A model generated the notes under the pieces. That model ran no database searches, had not been told where the DNA came from, and saw only the letters and a list, made by a program, of their open reading frames with translations. From NCBI GenBank assembly GCA_033442325.1, contig JAWQFM010000006.1:1317124-1381123 (forward strand): 64,000 nt of DNA, written 5' to 3'. Origin of the DNA: Salpingoeca rosetta (taxonomy: Eukaryota > Protista > Choanoflagellata). Positions within the stretch are counted from its first letter, which is position 1. Each line of letters begins with the position of its first letter. Of this stretch, positions 1 through 12,158 are shown one piece after another. Both the position numbers and the translations under genes were made by a program.

Positions 1-43
1 TGGCATCCCATGAAAAAAAGAAAAAAAGATCATCAAGTCGCGA

Positions 44-260
<217 letters not shown>

Positions 261-297
261 CCTTACCCCTCCTCTCCCCCCTCACAAGCATGTATGG

Positions 298-1590
298 TTA
301 TGGTGTGGGCGGGGCAAGAAGTTGATGGAAGCGGTCCGTGAAAGCGGCGACATTTTCCTCCTTGACGGAAATGACGACTTGGTCGCTCGTGTTGATGACA
401 ACGCCGACGGCCCACTTGGACGTGGAGAACGTGGCGCGCGGGCGGATGCCCTCAAAGGGAACCTCAACATCAAACGCGCTCCAGTCCGAGTAGAGGATGC
501 GCAAGGGGTTTTCGCGGAAGATCTGCACACAGCTCGCACTCACGGGCCCGCGGGCAGCCATGAGCTCGTGGAGATACGCAACCGTGTCGTTGACCCGTTC
601 CTCCGATGTGGACGCCTGCACCTTGGCGCGGAAGTGGGCTGCGAGGTCGTACAGCGACATGCTGCGCACCTCGCCCACGGGCCGCTCAAACACGGGGGAC
701 ATGACCGCTGCGTTGCCAAAGTACTCGTCGGGGATGGCCGAACGCTTGCGCATGTTCACGGACCACGACACGCCCGTCAGCTCGTCGTCCTTGGCCGCGT
801 TTGCCTCAACAAACGCCTTCCACACCAACGCCATGCGGAGGTCATTGCACGAGAACGGCAGCCCACCAGCAGCTGACGTTGCGGTTGCGGTTGCGGTTGT
901 TGCCGGGGGCGCTTGGTCGGGCGTCGGCTGCGTCTCAGCGGTGGCGTCGCTGGCGCCCTTGTGTTCGCGCATGAGGTGGGTGCGAAGGGCAGCAAGCTCG
1001 TCCCTGGTCACGCGCAGGGTCACGTGCTGGCCAAAAGTTGGCGGCCCGGTTGGCGGGGCGGCGTCGGCCTGCACGATGTAACCGGAGCACGGCTCGGCGT
1101 TGGTCTTGGCGGTGGCGATGGCCTCAATCGTGTCCGGCGCGACAACGGGCTTGGGCCATGCGGTGCGATGGGCGTAGTGCTCCGACCAGGCCTTCAGGAA
1201 CCGGCCGATGGAGAAGCCGTCTGTGACCTTGTGCGAGAAGTACAGGGAAATGGTCCACCCGGTGCGGGCCTCGTTTGGCGCGAGGCGAGCAAAGAAGGGC
1301 CATTGCTCCATGATAAAGCGCATGGGCCTCGGACTCAGATCCAACGGCTCATCGAGAACCTCGAACGTGCCGTTGGGTACGTCGCTGTCGTCGCCGGCTT
1401 GCTTCTTCGACTCCTGTGCTTCGGCGGCGGTGGGCTGCTGGCGCAGCATCGGGTAGTGCTCCTTCACGACCTCATCACCGGCGCGGGCGATGGCCGCCAG
1501 CGGCAAGTCACGACGCCCTTCCCCCGCCTCGTAGTGCAGATCAAACTGCACATAGATGGGCGGCATCGTCTGGTCCACTGTCGTCGTCAT
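298..1590 (-). CDS. BAHD/Transferase-family CoA-dependent acyltransferase, single exon, ~430 aa
   Basis: Start taken as ATG of MTTTVDQ (1590); the ORF upstream of it is repeat-derived. Contains HxxxD catalytic motif (FSHKVTDGFSIGRFLKAWS), FSCNDLRMALVWKA, VNMRKR...YFGNA and YSDW...VPFEG (degenerate DFGWG). Confidence 0.8.
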   Translation of the reverse strand: MTTTVDQTMPPIYVQFDLHYEAGEGRRDLPLAAIARAGDEVVKEHYPMLRQQPTAAEAQESKKQAGDDSDVPNGTFEVLDEPLDLSPRPMRFIMEQWPFFARLAPNEARTGWTISLYFSHKVTDGFSIGRFLKAWSEHYAHRTAWPKPVVAPDTIEAIATAKTNAEPCSGYIVQADAAPPTGPPTFGQHVTLRVTRDELAALRTHLMREHKGASDATAETQPTPDQAPPATTATATATSAAGGLPFSCNDLRMALVWKAFVEANAAKDDELTGVSWSVNMRKRSAIPDEYFGNAAVMSPVFERPVGEVRSMSLYDLAAHFRAKVQASTSEERVNDTVAYLHELMAARGPVSASCVQIFRENPLRILYSDWSAFDVEVPFEGIRPRATFSTSKWAVGVVINTSDQVVISVKEENVAAFTDRFHQLLAPPTP

Positions 1591-1755
1591 GGCTACGGTT
1601 CCGTTGTTCTGGGTGCTGAGTGAATGTGAGCGAGTGGATGGTGAAGGCACGTGCGCATGCGAGCCAAAACAGCGTCGACACAGGCACAGACAAGCGGTCA
1701 AACACACAGACAGGCACACACACACACACTCACCCCCCCACCACACACACCCACT

Positions 1756-1787
<32 letters not shown>

Positions 1788-1848
1788 CCACGGCGATTGT
1801 TGGCGATTGTCGAATGATTTCTAACAGTTTTCGGCACGACTGCGGACG

Positions 1849-2132
1849 ATGACGACAGGAGGAGGCAGAACGGTAGGCGGCGAGGAGCAGGTGCCGCTGT
1901 TGGGAGGCAGGCATGCAACCACAGCAGTGACAGCAGCAGTGGGAGCCGGGGGACGAGGAGAAGAAAGGGCACGGCGGACAGCGCGGCGCGTGAACGGGAC
2001 AATGGATACAGCGACTGAAGCCTCCATTGCCGTGGCTTCGCCCGTCACCTTGACCTGGCGAGAACTCGGCTGCACCATTTCCCGCAAAGTGCAGGTGTGC
2101 ATGCGTGCTTGCGTGTTTGTGTTTGTGTGTGC

Positions 2133-2222
<90 letters not shown>

Positions 2223-4786
2223 ACGTGCTTGCGTGGGTGCCCGCGTTCGTGCTGTTTGTTGTCCACTGCCACTCACACACTGCCGGTTCACTCACACACT
2301 GCCCATTCACTCACACACTGTCATTGGTGGCGTACAGGGACACACACAGCACATCCAGATCCTCAAGAATGTGAGCGGACAAGCGCTTCCAGGCCGCCTG
2401 CTCGCGATTTTGGGTGTGTATACATGCACAGAATGAGGAAGGGAAAGAGAGAGAAACTGAGAGAGACTGAGAGAGGGGCGGAGAGGAGGAGGGGAGGAAG
2501 GGTGGCCATTGTTTGAGCTGCTTTGCTGTGTGTACACGCACGACCCTGCTGCTTGAAGTTCATGCCTCAATCTCTGAACCCACACTTACACACACATACA
2601 CATACACACACACGCACATACACACGTAAACACAAATGCACGTACACACAAATACACCAACACACGCACGTGCGTACTTGTCTCGCTCGTGTGAAGGTTC
2701 ATCCGGAAGTGGAAAGACGACGCTGATCGACTGCCTGAGCGGTCGCAAAACAGTGGGCGCGCTGCACGGGGAAGTGTTTGTGAACGACGAGCCACGAAGC
2801 TACCTCAACTTCAAGTGGATCACCGGGTATGTGATGCAGCAGGATGCGCTGTACCCGACGCTGACGGTCCGGGAGACGCTCGTGTTTGCTGCCAACATGC
2901 TGCTGCAAGAGCCGCGCCACCGCCGCTTGGAGCGGGTGGACCGCGTGATTCGCGAGCTCGGGCTGACGGACGTGCAGGACTCCTTTGTCGGAGAAGACAT
3001 GCGGCGCGGAGTGTCTGGCGGCGAGAAGAAGCGTGTTGCCGTCGCCATCCAGCTCATTCACAACCCGCCGGTCCTGTTTCTCGATGAAGCGAACACGGGC
3101 CTCGACACGTACAGCTCGCTGTTGCTCATGCGCCAGCTACGACGGGTGGCCATGGAGCACCAGCGGTGCATCATCACCACTGTTCACCAGCCGCGCAGCT
3201 CGCTGTTTGAGCTCTTCGACGACATCATGATCCTGAGCAAGGGCGCTGTTGTCTACAACGGCCCTCGCGAGCACATCCTGTCCACCTTTGCCGCCCACGG
3301 GTGCACCTGTCCCGCACAGGCCAACCCGGCGGACTTCCTCATCGACACGGTGGTGTCGAGTGAGATGGCGTGGGCCGACGGCCAGGACGACGCACATCAC
3401 GCCGCCGCAATCCGAGCGCTCAAGGAGCGTGCGAGACAGGCGCCGCCGCCACCGCTGCCTTGTGGCGACACTGTTGATGCACCGGTGAACCTGCAGGAGG
3501 AGTGGGCGCGAACGCACGGCGTCGGCTTCTGGCGCCAGCTGTACTACCTCACCGGACGAGCTGTCCGTACGACTTCCCGTAACCCGTTTTCCACCATCGC
3601 CGCCCTGTCCCAGGCCATCCTCTTCTCGCTCTTCCTTGGCGCGACGTATTTCGATCTCTCCCACAAGCAGCAGAGCATCCAGGACAGGTGTGTGTATATG
3701 TATGTGTGTGTGTGTCTCGCGCGCGTGTGTGTATTTGACTCTGCGTGTCTCGTGTGTGTATGTGTGTGTGTGTATGTGTGTGTGTGTTCTCGTGCGTGTG
3801 TTTGACTCTGCATGTCTCGTGTGTGCGCGCGCGCATATTTCTCTTAGCTCCCTCCCGCCCTCGAGTCTTTTCCCTTCCTGATACACACCCACTCACGCAC
3901 TGCTTCTCTCCCGCCCCCCACCAACGCACGGCACAGGCTTGGGCTGCTGTTCTTCATCTGCATCAACCAGGTGTTCTCGCAGCTCGGGTCCATGGCGCTG
4001 TTCATTGAGGAGCGGCTCATCTTCGGCCGCGAGCGCGCAAGCGGGTTCTATTCCACGCTGCCGTATTTCCTGGCCCGTTCCGTCACAGAGATACCGCTGC
4101 TGTTCTTCTTCCCGCTCATCACCTCCTCCATCCTGTACTTCATGGTCGGGCTGCAGCCAGACGCGGGCAAGTTTGCCATCTTCTACCTCAGCCTGTGCAT
4201 GGTGACGAACGTTGCGTCGTCGCTGTTCATTGCGGTCGGCAGCGTGTCGCCCTCGCTCAAGATTGCAAACATCTTTGCACCCGTCACCGTCGTGCTGTTT
4301 CTGCTCTTCAGCGGGTTTTACCTCAACACACACTCCATCCCCGTGTACCTGTCGTGGATCTCCTACATCTCCTTCATCAAGTACGCTTTCCAGATTGCCG
4401 TCTACAACGAGTTTCACGGCCTCACATTCGACTGCAACACCACCACCACCAGCACATCGCCCTCACAGCAGCAGCTGGTTCAAGTACACGCGGACGCAGC
4501 GCCACTGGACCCCTCTGTACATGGCGGCGGCGGCGGTGGTCTTGGCGAAGTGGGAACAAGTCAGGCGATACATGACGTTTTGTTTAGGGGCGGGGGAGCT
4601 GTGGTGGCGGAAGACGCATCCCTCGCCGCAACACCATGCATCCCAACAGGCGACGACGAGTTGCGGCTGCTTGGGTTCGACACTGTCGACATTGGTGTCA
4701 ACTTTGCCATCCTCGCTGGCATGATTGTGCTGTGTCGCGTGATTGCGTTTCTCGCCCTTCGCTTCTCAAACTGGGAGAAGCGGTGA
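1849..4786 (+). CDS. ABCG (White-type) half transporter, NBD-TMD; exons 1849-2094, 2338-2413, 2697-3687, 3937-4786
   Basis: LTWRELG start of NBD, ILKNVSG, Walker [10 protein letters not shown] across a splice, VSGGEKKRV signature, LFLDE Walker B, TVHQP H-loop, [19 protein letters not shown] and hydrophobic TM helices. All three introns are GT-AG with compatible phases. Confidence 0.93.
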
Positions 4787-4884
4787 CGCGGGCATCTGTG
4801 CGCTGGTTTGCTCGTGTGTAACGTCATGTTACGTTGCGTTGGTGCGTGCGTCTGTGATGAGTGTTTGTTTATTGGCGTGTCTGG

Positions 4885-4941
<57 letters not shown>

Positions 4942-4985
4942 GTTCGTTTTGGCTGTGGTTCGTCTGTCCCTGTTTGTATGGCGTG

Positions 4986-5044
<59 letters not shown>

Positions 5045-5364
5045 CCGTTTTGGCTGTGGTTCGTCTGTCCGTGTTTGTATGCGTGCCTGTGTTTACGCTT
5101 GATTGTCATGTGTTTGTGTTTTACTAGCGTGAAAGGCAAGCATCGGGAACATTGGTCGTATGCGACACGGAAAGCGGCGATGGTGCATGAATCAAAGACG
5201 AATTGAATCGCTGCATGTTCGTGGAACAAGCAAGCGTACAGGTGATGAGTGTTGCGTGTGCTTGCTTCCCAAGATGAGGGGAGAGCGACAGACCCATCGG
5301 CGGAGACAACGCGTGGAACACACAGATAGACACACAGATACACAGACACATGTGTGTGTGTGTG

Positions 5365-5852
5365 CTAGAGGTTGGGAGCGGTGTCCTCCTCTGTGTCGAG
5401 GACGTAGTTGGCCGGGCTGTGCACATGGTGTGCTGTGACGCTGTCGACCAGCCAGTAGAAATCACGCACAACATCCGTTGGAACGTCGACCAGCGAGTCA
5501 AGCACCTCATCTTCCACCCCTGGGGAATGCGTGTGCATGGAGTAAGGCGAACACAACAAAAGAACCCACGCGGCAGATCCTGTACGCACACACACGCACG
5601 CACACACACACGCACACATACATACACACACACACACGCACACACACACACACACATACATACACACACACACACACACACGTACGTTCCGAGTCGACGA
5701 GGATGACGGTGGTGTCTGGGGCGGTGGTGCAGGCAGCAACAGCGGCGCTGAGCGGAACAACAGTGCACCCGGCAAGCGAGGCCACGCGACGGAACTCGCT
5801 CTGGATCTCGGGCGACTCAAACTGCCCACGAGGGACGGTGTGTGTGTGTGTA

Positions 5853-5948
<96 letters not shown>

Positions 5949-8514
5949 TGTGTGTGTGTGTGTGTGTGTGTCATCGACTGATCAAGTGGTGCCAGACTCA
6001 GCGAATGAAGTTTGTGCATATGCAGTGATCATCAACAGTTCAGCGACTGTCCAGCGATGTCACGCCATCATTCATCCACTCCCTCCCTCCCTCACCTGTC
6101 CAGCAAAGGCAATTGTGAAGCCCGTCAGCAGCGGAGACGACGAGAGGCGCGAACTTCTGGCGCCGGATGACGGCGGCACCGGCGGTGCACTCTCGCTCGG
6201 ACTGCTCGCCAGCCCTGATGGTGATGGTGATGGTGGTGGTGGTGTTGGTGTTGGTGTGTGTCATTAGTTAGTACATATTGTGTTTGCGTGCGTGTGCGGA
6301 GGTGTGCGCGTGCGTGGTTTTGAGCTTGGGCGAAGGCTATTTGTTCAGACAAGACATGTAGCAAAACATGTGGCGGGACGCGAAGAAGCAATAAGGAACA
6401 GCCATCCACTGCATGGTTGCATATGTATCCCACACCTTGCATCTCAAAGGCTTCTTCGTTTGCACGGCGATTTTCAGTGTCACACGCATACAACCATGCC
6501 GGCGACACAATCCACTGTACAGCAACAGCAGCGATGTTCAGGTGAGAGAAGAGAGGCAGCGTCAACGAAGCGACAGACAGACAGACAGACAGGCAGGTAG
6601 AAACAAGATAGATACACACCCACACACCCACAACCAAGCCACACTAACACCCACACCCACACCACACACAACCAAGCCACCCCCCCCACACACCTACACA
6701 CATACACCCACAATTAACCACACACCTACACACATACACCCACAATTAAGCCACACTTCCCTTTCTTCCCTCTCTAAGCAAACGCACCTTGCCAGAGGCA
6801 ATGCCCATCATGACTTTGAGCGTATTTGAGATGAGGAGATGATTTTCGTCGAGTGCCGCCAGCACGTGTGTCACGCTCTCATCAAACTTGGACAGAACCG
6901 TTGCTCCCATAGCGTCTGCAATCGCCCGCGCGCGCTGCTCGACATCTCGCGGCACACCCGTCAGCAGCAGCACACACGCACGCAGCGGTCGCGATGGTGG
7001 CGCCAGCGACGTCTCCTTGATGGAGCTCACCGTGCTCGCAGCACTTGCAGTTGTCGCGGTTGATGTTGAAGCCGTTGTTGCCTTCGACCCATCGCCCAAC
7101 GGCCCCCGCTGCTGCTGCTGCTGCTGCTGCTGTACCACTTGCACGTCTCCGGCCTCACTGTGTTGGCTGTGGACAGGTGTTGGTGCATTGCTGTTCCCGT
7201 TCAGCTCCGCAGTCACGTCCTCGTCCGCTCTCGTCGTCTTCTCCTGCTCATGAGAAAGCGCGTCACCATGACCAATCACCATCGCACCATTGGCGCCGCT
7301 GCCAACATCACCGTCAACACCATCAACACCATCGTCATCATCATCCACAACATCTTCATCGTCCTCCACCACGAGTGTCTGTGCCGCGTACGCCTCTTCA
7401 GACGGCAGGCGGCGCAGCGACACACGACCCGTTGGAGGTGTCGTGTTGTCGTGATGGCTGGTCTGATGTTGGGTGCAAATCTCGTCTGGTTTGTTGGTGG
7501 CCCCTGCTACTCTCTTCACACGAACATCGACATTCACATTCACATTGCTAGTATGCTCACTGATGCCGCCACCACCTTGATCGGCGCCACCATCTCCACC
7601 AGACACCGCAACTCCCGTTGCTGCTGCTGCCGTCGACGATGTTGTCGTCATCTTCCCATTTGACCGTTGGGAGAGGAGCAGTGCACGTGGGAGTTCGCTC
7701 GAGTCCGCAGGCTCGCACGACGGCATGAGAGGCGACAGAACTTGCAGCTCATCTCCATCGTCGTTATCGGAGCCGCCTTTCGCCCGCGCTGCTGCTTCTG
7801 CTTCTGCTGCTTCTGCTGCTTCTGTTGTTGTTGCTGACGTGCCTGTGGCTGGTGTTTGCCCGTTTGCTTGTGTGTGCTGGCTGCTATTCCCCTGCTGCTG
7901 CTGCTGCTGCTGCGACGGCGGTGGGGATTGTGTGCATGAGTCCAGCGTGGGTCCACGTGATGTAAATGCCCGCGGTGGTGACTGCGTGAGCACGGTATCG
8001 TCCTCCTGCTCGTCGGCTGCGTGCGCGTTTCTGTATACGTGTGTCTCTGCTCCGGGCGCGTCGTGCAATGGAGTGGCAGCACCATCGTCGCTGTCACTGT
8101 CGCCATCAAACATGCTTGGGCCGCTGTCCAGGTCCAGTGCCAGCACGTTTGCACGGCGCTGCGGGGTTGTGGCGGCACTCCCGTCACCCCGCTCTTGCTG
8201 CGGGCGAGGGCTTTGTGGCGTGTCCTCGGTTTCGTCATACACTGCAATGCGGGTGCGAGTGCGAGTGCGGGTGCGGGTGCTCGTGCTGGGACTGGCGGGT
8301 GCGTGTGGAGCTGTTGCGTTGTCGTTCACATTTGCTGTGGACGCCACCATCTTCGCCTTCTTCGGACGAGTGCCGCTGTCAGCGATGGCCGGGACGCCAG
8401 TGGTGCTGCTGTCGTGTTGGTCGTCGTGGTCGTGATGGGCTGCAGCAAGTAGTTGCCGCCGCGACGTCCTTTTGCCACGCTGTTCCGGTGTCTGCAGTGA
8501 AGGGGCCAAGCGTA

Positions 8515-8589
<75 letters not shown>

Positions 8590-9699
8590 TGGTTTGGGTG
8601 GTGGTGGAGGTGCGCCTGCGTACGTGCGTGTGTGCGTGCGTTTGTGCGTTTGTGCTTTGGGTGGTGGTGGAGGTAGCAGCGCAGGCAATTGTTGCTTGTG
8701 TTTGTCAGAGCGCATGGACGGAGCGGATGCCCCCATCTATGACGGAAGGAAGTACGGCACGAACCAGCAGCCGTTTCACAGTTTGTGGGGATCGCATGAA
8801 CAAGCTCGGCGAGAGAACACCTGCAAAACATGACAGGTTGTGAGACGGTGAAAGACGTTTGAGGGAACGTGGAAAGAGATACGGGCTCATTCACGTCAGG
8901 GGGGATGGGAGGGCGTATTACGGCCTACAACACACACAGAGGAGAATACACGCATGTACATCCACACACACAGAGGAGAACACAGCATGTACATCCACAC
9001 ACGCACACACAGAGGAGAATACACGCACACACACACACACACACATATGCAGGCTCATGGAATGAGTCAGGGGACACTGACCATCGGCGTCATGCCGAAT
9101 GGCAACGATGGCAGCCCTCATCTTGTCAATGACGGTTTCCAGCGTTGGGCAGTCACTGAGCCCTCGCTTGGTCAAGTCTGCCTTGCACAGTGGGCATCGG
9201 CACTTGCTCTTCGACAGCTCCAGGTGTTTCAAGATGCAGAACCTGTGCGTTGTTGGCAGAATTGACTGTCACAAACAACGAACGGCAAGCGAGGAAGGGA
9301 GGGGTAGGGGTTTGGCACACTTGCGCAGTTCAAGCAACACATGGATGACAGCGCACGGAATGAGACGTACTTGCAGTACACGTGGTTGCACCGCGTTCGT
9401 TGTGGTTGCTTCAGAACATCCTTGCTGTTGAACACATAGAACCAACAATAACATCAATGGTGGGTCATTGGGTGGGTGGGAGGAGGGGGGAGGAGAGGTA
9501 AGATGGGAGGGGGGACTCCAGAGTGTGACACTGCACGGCTAGCTGACAACAACACACGCACAAACACACACACGCACACAACAACACACACACACGCACA
9601 CACACACACACGCACAAACACACACACAGCTCAAACATACCAGATGCCACATTCAAGGGCTTTGGACACCCTGAACACAGCGTCTTCTAATGCAGTCAT
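5365..9699 (-). CDS. BRCA1: BRCA1 orthologue (N-terminal RING, disordered middle, tandem BRCT); exons ~9699-9641, 9424-9371, 9242-9082, ~8820-8765, ~8491-6788, 6514-6436, 6214-6096, 5821-5686, 5519-5365
   Basis: Spliced RING LECGICKDVLKQPQRTRCNHVYCKFCILKHL...CPLCKADLTKRGL closely parallels human BRCA1 ([31 protein letters not shown]...CPLCKNDITKRSL). BRCT1 has LLTG...VTHV...TLKVMMGIASGKWIVSPAW...EEAFE; BRCT2 ends WLVDSV...YVL. Confidence 0.85.
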
Positions 9700-9909
9700 G
9701 CTGGTCGTTGTGCTGGCTGGTGGAGGAGTTGTTGTCGGTCTCAACTGCTGTCTCACTTGTGTGCGCGCGGGGTTTCAAACGGTTGGCGCGCCAGGAAAGG
9801 CAGAAAATGTACTTTTCATGGTGTCGTGAACAGCGACTTTGAGCGGAACGTGCTGACTGGTGGCTGGCAAAAACCTTCTCTCGCCACGTGACAAACCAGG
9901 GGTGACAAC
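9700..9909. promoter_or_regulatory. Putative bidirectional promoter with CHR-like TTTGAA (9774-9779, - strand), E2F-like TTGGCGCGCCA (9783-9793) and E-box CACGTG (9885-9890)
   Basis: Motifs read directly in the 210-bp gap between divergent ATGs; function is inferred. Confidence 0.5.
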
Positions 9910-11781
<1,872 letters not shown>

Positions 11782-12158
11782 ACACATGATGCCGGTGGTT
11801 TATCATCGCTCTTGCATGTCCATAGTCCTCCAACGAACACCCCTCTGCTCTGTGGCTCACTCGAGAAATAAACGCAATGGTGTGTTGTTGGTGTCTTTCT
11901 TGACGTCTCTCGCGGTCAGTTCGGTTCGTGTATTGGGATGGGAGGAGAATTGACGCATTGTTTTGAATGGAACCCGCATTCACAAGCGTAGCGAATTAGA
12001 GGGAACCGAAACAAAGACAAGGAAGGAACAAACGAGGGGAAAGATGGCAGTGTTGATTGTAGAAAAGGAGGGTAAAAAGGGGGTGGATGGCATAACTTGT
12101 CACAAGTGTTGAGACAAAGCCTCACTCACTGGAACCAAGCCAAAGGGGGAGCATGCGC

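Noticed and set aside
1591-2310. N-terminal 240 aa of the 670-aa ORF
   Set aside because: Overlaps ABCG exon 1 on the other strand plus repeats; not part of the acyltransferase.
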